64,000 nucleotides of DNA from Alphaproteobacteria bacterium (GTDB lineage: Bacteria > Pseudomonadota > Alphaproteobacteria > RS24). Position 1 is the first letter of the stretch, and every line of letters starts with the position of its first letter. Where the stretch lies: assembly GCA_965662735.1 (NCBI GenBank), contig CBFIIU010000010.1, positions 11,553 through 75,552 of the forward strand, written 5' to 3'. The notes beneath the pieces are model-generated. The model did not search any database. It was not told where the DNA came from and saw nothing but the letters and a program-made list of their open reading frames with translations. This document shows positions 50,916 to 59,728 of the stretch, in pieces. The position numbers and the translations under genes are program-made.

Positions 50916-51965
50916 ATGCGTTTAAGCGACTTTGATTTCACCTTACCGGAAGAGTTAATCGCCTTACGGCCCGTGGTGCCGCGCGATCAGGCGCGGCTCC
51001 TGCACGTTGCAGACACACAGGTGCACGATCATATTTTCGCCGACCTCACCGAGCTGATCACGGCGCGAGATCTTTTAATTGTGAATGATACGCGGGTCAT
51101 CCCTGCGCGACTGTCTGGCGAGCGTCGTCGTGGCGATGTATCTGCGCAGATCGACCTCACGCTCATCGACCGATTGCCCGATGGCGCTTGGCGCGCTTTG
51201 GCGAAACCAGCGAAGCGCCTGCAAGCGGGGGATGAGATTTTTTCAGGAGATGTCACCATCCGCGTTACCGATCGCGATGGCGCCGTCGTGACCCTCAGCT
51301 TTGACGAGCAGCAGCACTCGGCGCTGGAGACGCTTCAAAGAATTGGTGATATGCCAATTCCCCCATATATAGCCAAAAAGCGTCCGCCCGATGCGCAAGA
51401 TCGCCTCGATTATCAAACCATGTTTGCGCAAAAGGATGGGGCGGTGGCGGCCCCGACGGCGGGGTTACACTTTACGCGGGATTTGGTGGATCGTCTTGCT
51501 GGGCAGGGTGTTCAATTTGCATCCGTCACCTTACATGTGGGGGCCGGCACGTTTCTTCCATTGGATGATGATCGCCTGCAAGGTGATCGTTTACATAGTG
51601 AGTGGGGGCAAGTCACAGATGAGACGGTTTCACTGATCGAACACACTCAAAAACGGGGGGGGCGCGTGATCCCGGTGGGAACGACCTCCTTGCGCATTCT
51701 CGAGAGTGCCGCGCGGTCTGGTACGCTGCGCGCTTTTTCCGGGGACACTGATATTTTCATAAAGCCTGGCTATGATTTTCGCGTCGCCGATGGACTGATC
51801 ACTAATTTCCATTTGCCGCAATCGAGCCTGTTCATGTTGGTTTGCGCCTTTGCCGGTACGCAGAATATGAAGGCGGCCTATGCGCATGCCATTGCATCGG
51901 GCTATCGGTTCTACTCCTATGGGGATGGTTGTTTTTTGGAGCGAAGACATGCAATTCACGCTTAA
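50916..51965 (+). CDS. queA: S-adenosylmethionine:tRNA ribosyltransferase-isomerase
   Basis: 349-aa ORF with [27 protein letters not shown], and [10 protein letters not shown]. Confidence 0.9.
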   Translation: MRLSDFDFTLPEELIALRPVVPRDQARLLHVADTQVHDHIFADLTELITARDLLIVNDTRVIPARLSGERRRGDVSAQIDLTLIDRLPDGAWRALAKPAKRLQAGDEIFSGDVTIRVTDRDGAVVTLSFDEQQHSALETLQRIGDMPIPPYIAKKRPPDAQDRLDYQTMFAQKDGAVAAPTAGLHFTRDLVDRLAGQGVQFASVTLHVGAGTFLPLDDDRLQGDRLHSEWGQVTDETVSLIEHTQKRGGRVIPVGTTSLRILESAARSGTLRAFSGDTDIFIKPGYDFRVADGLITNFHLPQSSLFMLVCAFAGTQNMKAAYAHAIASGYRFYSYGDGCFLERRHAIHA

Positions 51966-53079
51966 GGCCCAGGATGGAAAGGCCCGTCTCGGGGTGATTG
52001 AAACCCCTCGGGGTAACATTCGCACACCGGCGTTCATGCCCGTGGGCACGGCGGCCACAGTGAAAGCCATGTATCCTGATCAGGTGCGCGAATTGGGCGC
52101 AGATATTATTCTCGGTAACACCTATCACCTCATGCTTCGCCCGAGTGCTGAGCGCGTCGCGGCGCTGGGCGGCTTGCAACAATTTATGCAATGGGATGGA
52201 CCCATTTTGACCGATAGTGGCGGGTTTCAGGTGATGTCGCTCTCGAAGCTACGCAAAATAACGGAGCACGGTGTTTCGTTTCAAAGCCATATTGACGGCC
52301 AGAGCTATATGTTGACGCCCGAGCGCAGTGTCGAAATTCAAACCTTGCTGGGGGCAAATATACGAATGGTCTTGGATGAATGTACGCCTTTTCCTGCCAC
52401 CCATGAGGAAGCGCGCGTGAGCATGGAATTGTCGATGCGCTGGGCGGAGCGGTCGAAAAAGGCTTTTCTACAGTTTGACGCGGGGCAGGGCGATGCGCTG
52501 TTTGGGATTGTGCAAGGCAGCACCTACCCAGATTTACGCGAGATCAGTGCTCGTCGCCTGATTGATATGGGTTTTGATGGCTATGCGATTGGCGGCTTGG
52601 CAGTTGGCGAGGGGCAAAAAATGATGTGTGACGTTCTTGACGTCACAACGCCTTTTTTACCCAATGACCGCCCGCGCTATCTCATGGGTGTGGGCACTCC
52701 GGACGATTTGGTGGAGTCGGTTGCGCGCGGCGTTGATATGTTTGACTGCGTGATGCCAACACGGGCGGGGCGCCATGGCACAGCCTATACGCGCTATGGC
52801 AAAGTGAATATTCGTAATGCGCGCCATGCGGCGGATCCGCGACCGCTTGATGAAAGCGTTGACTGTCCCGCCAGTCAAAATTATAGTCGCGCTTATTTTC
52901 ATCATTTGCATCGCTGCGGCGAATATTTAGGCGCCATGCTTTTAAGCTGGCATAATCTGGCCTATTACCAAACCCTTATGGGCGACATGCGCGCTGCCAT
53001 AGAAAAGGGCCAGTTCAACGATTTTTACGCGCAATTTAAAGAAGATCAGGCTCGCGGAGATATTCCGCCACTTGCTTAG
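51949..53079 (+). CDS. tgt: tRNA-guanine transglycosylase
   Basis: The track ORF starts at 51880, inside queA. ATG 51949 (GGAG upstream) gives [34 protein letters not shown], with [15 protein letters not shown] and DCVMPTR. It overlaps queA by 17 nt. Confidence 0.9.
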   Translation: MQFTLKAQDGKARLGVIETPRGNIRTPAFMPVGTAATVKAMYPDQVRELGADIILGNTYHLMLRPSAERVAALGGLQQFMQWDGPILTDSGGFQVMSLSKLRKITEHGVSFQSHIDGQSYMLTPERSVEIQTLLGANIRMVLDECTPFPATHEEARVSMELSMRWAERSKKAFLQFDAGQGDALFGIVQGSTYPDLREISARRLIDMGFDGYAIGGLAVGEGQKMMCDVLDVTTPFLPNDRPRYLMGVGTPDDLVESVARGVDMFDCVMPTRAGRHGTAYTRYGKVNIRNARHAADPRPLDESVDCPASQNYSRAYFHHLHRCGEYLGAMLLSWHNLAYYQTLMGDMRAAIEKGQFNDFYAQFKEDQARGDIPPLA

Positions 53080-53903
53080 CCGGCGACGATTTCTGCAATC
53101 CAGCGAGCGAATTCTTGCTCGCGCAGATCTGGGATCAAGACATCGCGGCTCATTCCATAGAGCCAGCTGAGGGCCAGGGTTTCAGGGGCCGAATGCAAGG
53201 CGGTCCAGTCCAGAGCGGTGCGCTCGAGCGTCTCGCGCGACGCAAATCGGCCCTCTTGCACCAAACCATCGGCTCGAAAGCGGGCGAGGGCCGCAATTTC
53301 CTGCATGTTATATTCCGGATGATATTGTAAGGCGAGAAACTCTGACCGACCATAGATAATGCGCGCGGCTTGCACGGGGGTGTGGTCATTGCCAGCAAGC
53401 CAGGTCGCACCATCCGGCAAGCGATCAACAGCGTCGAAATGGCTTGAGAAGCCGTCAAAGGCATATTTTCGCCCGGAAAAGATGGGGTCAGCGCGGCCTT
53501 GATCGGTGAGGGTAATATTGCGAGCGACGCCAAACTCACGCCCTTTAGGGTTTTTGTGAACGCTGCCGCCCGCTGCCAAAGCAGCGATTTGCAGAGCCCA
53601 ACAAGACCCAAAACAGGGAATACCCACCTCCATCACCTGTCGCACAAGCTCGATCTGCCGGGTGACTGCCGGGATATTTTCATAGGCTGTGAGGCTCGAA
53701 CCTGTCCAGAGCGCTGCTGCATAGCCCTCTAAGCCGCCTTTAATGCTGCAATCAGGATCCGCCGGCGTCATAATATCGGCAATCGCTTCGGGAAGGTGGC
53801 GGTGCAAAAGCGCGCGATAAAGCGACCCCGCTAGCGATGCCCCGGCCTGTTTAAGTTCCTCGCGTGCCGGACGGTCATAACCGTCGACAATTAAAACACG
53901 CAT
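53076..53903 (-). CDS. standalone class I glutamine amidotransferase-like protein
   Basis: 275-aa ORF with a Cys-His-Glu triad context: [15 protein letters not shown] and LALQYHPEY. The C-terminal approximately 70 aa have no motif I recognise. 4-nt tail-to-tail overlap with tgt. Confidence 0.7.
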   Translation of the reverse strand: MRVLIVDGYDRPAREELKQAGASLAGSLYRALLHRHLPEAIADIMTPADPDCSIKGGLEGYAAALWTGSSLTAYENIPAVTRQIELVRQVMEVGIPCFGSCWALQIAALAAGGSVHKNPKGREFGVARNITLTDQGRADPIFSGRKYAFDGFSSHFDAVDRLPDGATWLAGNDHTPVQAARIIYGRSEFLALQYHPEYNMQEIAALARFRADGLVQEGRFASRETLERTALDWTALHSAPETLALSWLYGMSRDVLIPDLREQEFARWIAEIVAG

Positions 53904-53904
53904 A

Positions 53905-54744
53905 TTAAACAGGCACTTCGCCAGCGATTGTTACACGATACATTAGGCGCTCATAGGCCTGATAATCGTCAACCGCATAATGCTGCACAATGCGATTGTC
54001 CCACATGGCGACGGTATTCGGCGTCCATCTAAAGCGACAACAGAACTCAGGCCGTGTCGCGTGGTGGAATAAATAGCTGAGCAAGGGGCGCGATTCTTCC
54101 TCACTCATTCCGTCGAACCGCAATGTGAACATATCATTGACGTAGAGCGCTTTTCGGCCCGTTTCTGGGATCGTGATCACGACGGGGTGGATGACTTCAT
54201 CCATAATCTCATCGGTCCATGTGTAGGTGATGGCCGCTTTTTTATCGTACTTGTCTTTTGTGGTTGGCGCGGTGTAGGCGCGGCTTGCCGAATGAACCGC
54301 GTTGAGGCCATCGATCATTTCTTTCATGCGCTCAGATAGACGATCATATGCGAGCGTTTGGCTGGCATATAAAGTATCCCCACCAAAGGGCGGAATAATT
54401 TTACTATAGAGCACCGACCCCATGCTCGGCTTTTTGAAGAAACTATTATCTGTGTGCCATCCTGTTCCGAAGCTGGCGCTTTCGCCTGCGGGTTTTAAAA
54501 CGCGCGTGATTTCAGGATGTTCTTCCAGTCCATCAACGATCGGGTGAACTTCAAGCGTTCCGAAGCGACGCGCAAATTCGATCTGCGATTGATGGTCAAG
54601 ATCCTGATCGCGGAAAAAGATGGCCCCATAGTCCAGCAGGGCGGAGTGAATGGTATCAAATTCGGCGTTCGATAATGATTTGAGCGACACGCCCGATATT
54701 TCGGCGCCACACGCGCCTGTCAAAGGAGCAATTTCGATCGACAT
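53905..54744 (-). CDS. TauD/TfdA family Fe(II)/2-oxoglutarate-dependent dioxygenase
   Basis: 279-aa ORF with HxD facial-triad motif GWHTDNSF, distal His in VQHYAV, and DGLNAVHS. The substrate cannot be inferred from sequence alone. Confidence 0.85.
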   Translation of the reverse strand: MSIEIAPLTGACGAEISGVSLKSLSNAEFDTIHSALLDYGAIFFRDQDLDHQSQIEFARRFGTLEVHPIVDGLEEHPEITRVLKPAGESASFGTGWHTDNSFFKKPSMGSVLYSKIIPPFGGDTLYASQTLAYDRLSERMKEMIDGLNAVHSASRAYTAPTTKDKYDKKAAITYTWTDEIMDEVIHPVVITIPETGRKALYVNDMFTLRFDGMSEEESRPLLSYLFHHATRPEFCCRFRWTPNTVAMWDNRIVQHYAVDDYQAYERLMYRVTIAGEVPV

Positions 54745-54758
54745 GATGGTGTCCCGAC

Positions 54759-55169
54759 TTATCCAACGTAATAGGTTGCGACCACTGAATGGGCGACGCC
54801 CACAACAGCACCCAGCAGCAAAATCAGGGTTGATAAAAACCCGATCATGAAGCCACGTCCACGTTGATCCGCCGCTTGATAATAGCCGCGTGCGTAGATA
54901 ATGCGCCCAATGGGGAAAAAGATCCCAATGACCGCCGCATAAAGGTCATTGATATTAAGCGCAAACAACCAGAGGCTTGGAAAGAAGAGGATCAGCGCTT
55001 CGATGGTGTTCGCGTGGACACGGATCACGCGGTTAAAATCGTCCGGCCCCGTCATGTCAGGCGCATGCACATCATGCAACCGTCGGGCTTTGCCGACTTG
55101 CAGCGTAACCCAAAAATAAACAAATAAAGATAATAAGGTAATGGTGGCAGTGAGAGGGTATTGAAACAT
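54759..55169 (-). CDS. MAPEG family membrane protein (glutathione-transferase-like)
   Basis: About 136 aa from ATG 55169 (track start 55196), with 4 TM segments. RVHANTIEALILFFP resembles the MAPEG R-x-H-x-N-x-x-E motif. Confidence 0.65.
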   Translation of the reverse strand: MFQYPLTATITLLSLFVYFWVTLQVGKARRLHDVHAPDMTGPDDFNRVIRVHANTIEALILFFPSLWLFALNINDLYAAVIGIFFPIGRIIYARGYYQAADQRGRGFMIGFLSTLILLLGAVVGVAHSVVATYYVG

Positions 55170-55185
55170 TGGAATCTCTTTCTCG

Positions 55186-55614
55186 TTAACGCCCAACTCT
55201 TTTAATAATACCGGAAAAGCTGGCTAATGTCTCGTGCGAAGAATCGCAGACCAACCCCCGAATAAAGACAAGGCTGCGCGTAGAACGGGTCACGGTTCCA
55301 TGCGCAAAAATCAACCCTCCCGCTTCGGCGCCCCGAATAAAATCCGTCTGGCAGGAAATCGTCACGCATGGCGTGTCGACAATCAGGTCGTGAGCGATGA
55401 CGAAAAGCGCATAATCGGCAAACGCCATTAACAGGCCACCATGTAACACGCCCAAGCCATTGGTGTGCCGCTTCTCTGATTGAAAAGCGGATAGATGCGG
55501 GCCGCCATCGGGATCAATATACATCATGAAAGGGCCAGCATGGTTTTCAAATGGTTCGTCGCCGGCATATAGAGAAAAGGAAGAGAGATCGTTTGGAAGA
55601 CGGGGGAGGGACAT
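55186..55614 (-). CDS. PaaI/YigI-type hotdog-fold thioesterase
   Basis: 142-aa ORF with NGLGVLHGGLLMAFADYAL and a later GTVTRSTRSLVFIRG strand pattern. Confidence 0.7.
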   Translation of the reverse strand: MSLPRLPNDLSSFSLYAGDEPFENHAGPFMMYIDPDGGPHLSAFQSEKRHTNGLGVLHGGLLMAFADYALFVIAHDLIVDTPCVTISCQTDFIRGAEAGGLIFAHGTVTRSTRSLVFIRGLVCDSSHETLASFSGIIKRVGR

Positions 55615-55778
55615 GGGGAACGGATTTCCTATTTCTTGACAGGGGTCTGAGCTATGGGTTGCAATCAGGCGCGGTGCCTCGATTTGATGACTTGTTTTAT
55701 CATAGAGTTGGTAGCTTTAGAGACCAAAAATTTTGCGCAAATGGCGAAGTAGGGCTGGCCACAGGGTGAAAGTTTCGC

Positions 55779-55784
55779 TATATA
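55779..55784 (+). promoter_or_regulatory. candidate -10 box for tRNA-Lys
   Basis: TATATA lies 12 nt upstream of tRNA position 1. TGGCCA sits 17 nt further upstream as a weak -35. Motif inspection only. Confidence 0.25.
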
Positions 55785-55796
55785 GCTGGGCGTGGA

Positions 55797-55872
55797 GGGC
55801 CCATAGCTCAGCTGGTAGAGCAACTGACTTTTAATCAGTAGGTCGATGGTTCGAACCCATCTGGGCTCACCA
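55797..55872 (+). tRNA. tRNA-Lys (UUU)
   Basis: GGGCCCAUAGCUCAGCUGGUAGAGCAACUGACUUUUAAUCAGUAGGUCGAUGGUUCGAACCCAUCUGGGCUCACCA. Anticodon loop CUUUUAA, T arm GAUGG-UUCGAAC-CCAUC, encoded CCA. Confidence 0.9.
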
Positions 55873-56067
55873 TTTTCATCTCATTCATGTGGCGCACCAA
55901 ATAAAGACCTGCACAGGTCGTTCAAACTCGTGTCAGGACGATGCCGTTCACGCTTGGGTGCCCGGCTTCGGGTGATCCAGACCGTGTCCGCGCCCGTACC
56001 ACACACAACCGCAAACCTGTCATAGACAAAAACACTTCAAACTCCAGCGAAACGGGGAAGATGCGAG

Positions 56068-57393
56068 ATGAGATCGGCTCGGTCGAGTAGGGCGGCCCCC
56101 AAACGAACCTGGCGGACGCTTTATGCGCTTCCCGCCTTTGTGTTGGCCTTGCCGACCATACCCGCTTTCGTTCTTTTGCCGACATTCTATGCCGAAACTA
56201 TGGGGCTGGGGCTCGCGACCGTGGGCGCCATTTTTCTGGGTTTGCGGCTTCTTGATGTGATCAGCGATCCTATTTTGGGGTGGGCCTCCGACCAAGTCCC
56301 AGCACATTTAGGCAAACGAAAGCTGCCGATTGCAATTGGGGCTGTGGTGGCTGGCCCGGCTCTGATCATGATATTTTCGCCACCGCCTGATGTCGGCCTG
56401 ATGTATCTGACCTTTTGGGGCGCGCTTTTATATGTGGGCTGGACGGCGGTTCAAATTCCTTATGTGGCCTGGGCGGTTGATCTCGAGCCCGAATATCAAG
56501 CCCGCGCCAGCCTGAATGGCCTGCGCGAGGGCGCTGGATTGCTTGGAATATTAGCGACGGGTGCCATGGGCGTGATATTCGCTGAGCAAACTCAGAACGA
56601 GAGATTTGCCCTTATGGCTTGGATCACGGTGATTTTGGGGGCTGGGGTGATCGGTATTGCCTTGCGGTTTGTGCCGGAGCGGCGCCCCTTACGAGATTTA
56701 CGCGCGCGCCCGCTCACATTTCCGTGGGGCAATAAAGTTTTTCTGCGCGTCATCATCGCTTGGTTTATTAACGGATTAGCAAACGGCCTACCGGCTGTTT
56801 GCTTGCCCTTATTCATGGTTCACATTTTACAGGCGGATGAGCAGACCCAAGCGGTTTTGCTGTTCATTTATTTTTTATTCGCGGTCTTTGGGATCGGCAT
56901 TTGGGTTTTTCTGGCACGCCGGTGGAGCAAACATCGTGTTTGGGCCACAACAATGATCTTAACCTGTGTGGTTTTTGCGTATGTGCCTTTTCTGAGCGCC
57001 GGGGACGCCTTCGCATTTGGCGTGATTTGCGCCCTAACCGGCATGACACTGGGTTCCGATTTGGCATTGCCACCGGCAATTCAAGCAGATTGCGCGGATT
57101 GGGATCGACTTCGCTACCAGCATGAGCGAACCGCAACCCTTTTCGCCTATTGGTCTATGGCCACCAAGCTGGCTTTGGGCGCAGCAGTTGGTTTGGCTTT
57201 TCCCGTGCTCGGCGCTTTGGGGCTTGATGGCGATACGGTGGCGCCGCCTGCTATAGCTTTAACCGCCTTGGTGGTGATCTATGCAGCTCTTCCCATCGTA
57301 TTAAAGATAGCAGCTGTCGGGTTGATGTGGAATTTCCCCATTGGCCGAGACAGTCACCGCGCTATCCAGCGCGCTTTGGAGCGAAAGTCATGA
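56068..57393 (+). CDS. MFS transporter (GPH / MFS_2-like)
   Basis: 441-aa ORF with about 12 TM segments. LRLLDVISDPILGWASDQ resembles the GPH-family D-P-x-x-G motif. Confidence 0.7.
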   Translation: MRSARSSRAAPKRTWRTLYALPAFVLALPTIPAFVLLPTFYAETMGLGLATVGAIFLGLRLLDVISDPILGWASDQVPAHLGKRKLPIAIGAVVAGPALIMIFSPPPDVGLMYLTFWGALLYVGWTAVQIPYVAWAVDLEPEYQARASLNGLREGAGLLGILATGAMGVIFAEQTQNERFALMAWITVILGAGVIGIALRFVPERRPLRDLRARPLTFPWGNKVFLRVIIAWFINGLANGLPAVCLPLFMVHILQADEQTQAVLLFIYFLFAVFGIGIWVFLARRWSKHRVWATTMILTCVVFAYVPFLSAGDAFAFGVICALTGMTLGSDLALPPAIQADCADWDRLRYQHERTATLFAYWSMATKLALGAAVGLAFPVLGALGLDGDTVAPPAIALTALVVIYAALPIVLKIAAVGLMWNFPIGRDSHRAIQRALERKS

Positions 57394-57941
57394 AATCATC
57401 TTTAAGCACGGTTATCTGTCTATCTGTCATGCTGTTTGGATTGGCGGGGTGTTCGGGACAAGCCATTCAAGAGTTTGCCAATAAAGAGCCGAGCCTCGAC
57501 CTGTTTAGTTATTTTAAGGGCAATACCCAAGCCTGGGGGCTTTTCAAAGACCGCTTTGGAAAGGTTCGTCGCCAATTCACTGTTAAAATTGAGGGAACCG
57601 TCGACGGCGATATGCTGACGCTCGATGAGCATTTCGTTTATGATGATGGTGAAATCGACCAGCGCATATGGAAAATTCGCGCCCTCGGCAACAAGACATA
57701 TGAAGGTCGCGCTGATGATGTGGTGGGCGTGGCCCAAGGGGTTGCGGCGGGTAATGCGCTGAATTGGCGTTATGATGTCAATTTAATGATTTCGGGTTCC
57801 GCCTATCGTGTGCATTTCAATGATTGGATGTTTCTTCAAGAGGATGGTGTGATGATAAATCGCGCGCGCGTCAGCAAATGGGGCATTAGCATTGGCGAGG
57901 TGACGTTGTTTTTCTCTAAACCCTCAAAAACAAATGGCTAA
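57390..57941 (+). CDS. DUF3833-like lipoprotein
   Basis: ATG 57390 overlaps the MFS stop (ATGA). Lipobox LFGLAGCSG. LDLFSYFKGNTQAWGLFKDRFGKVRRQFTVKIEG...DEHFVYDDGE...RIW matches my memory of DUF3833. The track start 57327 lies inside the MFS gene. Confidence 0.55.
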   Translation: MKSSLSTVICLSVMLFGLAGCSGQAIQEFANKEPSLDLFSYFKGNTQAWGLFKDRFGKVRRQFTVKIEGTVDGDMLTLDEHFVYDDGEIDQRIWKIRALGNKTYEGRADDVVGVAQGVAAGNALNWRYDVNLMISGSAYRVHFNDWMFLQEDGVMINRARVSKWGISIGEVTLFFSKPSKTNG

Positions 57942-57948
57942 TTGCGCC

Positions 57949-58692
57949 TTATTCATCGACCGCACAGCTTCGGCAGAAATACTCAATCATTGATCCATCG
58001 CGGGCTTTAAAGCGCAGTTTTACCCAACGATCGTGATCATCGTACCAGGCAGACGTGTCTGTGAGATCGCCAAAATAATCGTAACGCGTGGCCCAAACAG
58101 AGCCGTTCAAAACGCTCAATTTCTCACGCGGGCCTTGCTTAATAGAAACCTGATTTATCTCTCCAGTCAGGGTGTTTAGGATGTATTTCTCATGCACAAC
58201 ATTGGGATGCCAGTGGTTCGTTGAGTAGTGCACACGCGCCCCTTCTGTTGCATAGCCAGAGGAGGGGGGCGGGCTGATCAGGCCATCGTTAAACTCAAGA
58301 TTAAGAGCAAAGGCGTCCGCGCCATCCTCCACCTGCACTGATAGCGCGCGCAGCTGTCCGCCGCCCCAGCTCTCCTGAGCTGTATATGAGAAATTATATA
58401 CCGGAATAAAGAATACTTCTATTTCGAGGCGCATCGTGGACAACACCTGCAGTTTGTCGTTCTCGCGCTCAAAACGTGTCACATGCTCACCGATAACCCG
58501 ATTATTGCGCATCACATCAAAGCGAATTTCGGGCCCATAGGCAGATAATGGATCGAATTCCGCATAAGCGGGATAAGCGATGAGAAGGCCGAGCACATAA
58601 ACCACAGAAAGATGTAGGAGGCGGAATAACAATGATTTGTGGTGCGCGGGGCGCTTTAAAGGTTGGAACTGGTTCTGATCTATAAGGCGCAT
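57949..58692 (-). CDS. hypothetical exported protein (DUF3108/DUF6134-like beta-rich fold suspected)
   Basis: 247-aa ORF with an N-terminal anchor/signal (LLHLSVVYVLGLLIAYPAYA). YDVMRNNRVIGEHVTRFEREND... pattern. No catalytic motif recognised. Confidence 0.4.
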   Translation of the reverse strand: MRLIDQNQFQPLKRPAHHKSLLFRLLHLSVVYVLGLLIAYPAYAEFDPLSAYGPEIRFDVMRNNRVIGEHVTRFERENDKLQVLSTMRLEIEVFFIPVYNFSYTAQESWGGGQLRALSVQVEDGADAFALNLEFNDGLISPPPSSGYATEGARVHYSTNHWHPNVVHEKYILNTLTGEINQVSIKQGPREKLSVLNGSVWATRYDYFGDLTDTSAWYDDHDRWVKLRFKARDGSMIEYFCRSCAVDE

Positions 58693-58767
58693 AATAAATA
58701 TTATGTTAAATTAATATGGGTTAATTTAATGGATGCGTATATGGATCTGCATAATAAGAACGGATTA

Positions 58768-59610
58768 TTACGCATCGACCACCACCATTCCATCATAGGC
58801 CGGCTCAACGTGATCGGGTAATTGTTCGCGCAAGGCATTATAATCCATATCAATATGTAAATTGGTGAGGATCGCGCGCCGCGGCTTCAAGCGTTCAATT
58901 AAATCGAGCGCGGCATCAAGATGAAGATGGGTCGGATGCGGCGTCAGGCGCAGCGCATCAATGATCCAACACGAAAGATTTTGGAGATGCGCCTCGCTCT
59001 CCTCGGGCAAAGCGCTAATGTCGCTCGAATATGCAATATTGCCGACCCGAAAGCCCAAGCTTTCAATGGACCCATGAATTTGGCGAAATGCCGTGACGGC
59101 CATATTGCCGCCTGCCCCTGAGATCGTGAATGACCCGCCCCGGCGCTCCGTATCATAAAGAATATTGGCGTCGAGTAAAGCCGGATATTCCGATCCTTCA
59201 GCTGCTGAAAAACAATAGCCAAAACGCTGGTTGAGCGTGGAAAAGGTCGGCTGATCTAGCCAACAGGGCAAACGCGCGCGGCGCGCATAGACCAGGGCTC
59301 TAATATCATCAATCCCATGGGTTTGATCGGCGTGATCATGGGTAAAGGCAATCGCATCAATGTCGTCGACCTGAGCCGCTAATAATTGCTCGCGCAAATC
59401 TGGAGATGTATCGATTAATAATTGTGTTGTTCCGATGGGTCCATTGTGCTGTTGCACCAGAACGGAACACCGACGGCGCCGATTTTTCGGCTCATGGGGG
59501 TCACAAATCCCCCAATCCCCGTTTATCCGCGGAACCCCGCCAGATGAACCACAGCCGAGCACATGAAAGGCGATCTCAACATTGGCTTTATGAATATGAT
59601 CAGATGACAT
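58768..59610 (-). CDS. MBL-fold metallo-hydrolase (PhnP-like)
   Basis: 280-aa ORF with FHVLGCGSSGGVPR and metal motif FTHDHADQTHG. Confidence 0.8.
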   Translation of the reverse strand: MSSDHIHKANVEIAFHVLGCGSSGGVPRINGDWGICDPHEPKNRRRRCSVLVQQHNGPIGTTQLLIDTSPDLREQLLAAQVDDIDAIAFTHDHADQTHGIDDIRALVYARRARLPCWLDQPTFSTLNQRFGYCFSAAEGSEYPALLDANILYDTERRGGSFTISGAGGNMAVTAFRQIHGSIESLGFRVGNIAYSSDISALPEESEAHLQNLSCWIIDALRLTPHPTHLHLDAALDLIERLKPRRAILTNLHIDMDYNALREQLPDHVEPAYDGMVVVDA

Positions 59611-59728
59611 CTCTCATGGGTAGCATAGCTCGCCGACATGACAAAGAGATTAGGTCGAGCAGCTTCGCAAGACATTTACAATGGGGTTGGCATTGGATTG
59701 TGACCAAAAAGATAGCGGTCAAGAAGGT

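Noticed and set aside
55873-56067. Possible att site or island junction immediately downstream of tRNA-Lys, including the small hairpin GACCTgcacAGGTC.
   Set aside because: No integrase or recombinase gene is nearby, and I saw no copy of the tRNA 3' end elsewhere in the window. The hairpin is short and lacks a U-tract.
58701-58730. Cluster of TTAA motifs in the AT-rich spacer upstream of 57949..58692, considered as CtrA boxes (TTAA-N7-TTAA).
   Set aside because: The actual spacings between TTAA copies are N1, N6, N11 and N16, none N7. AT-rich promoter DNA produces TTAA by chance.
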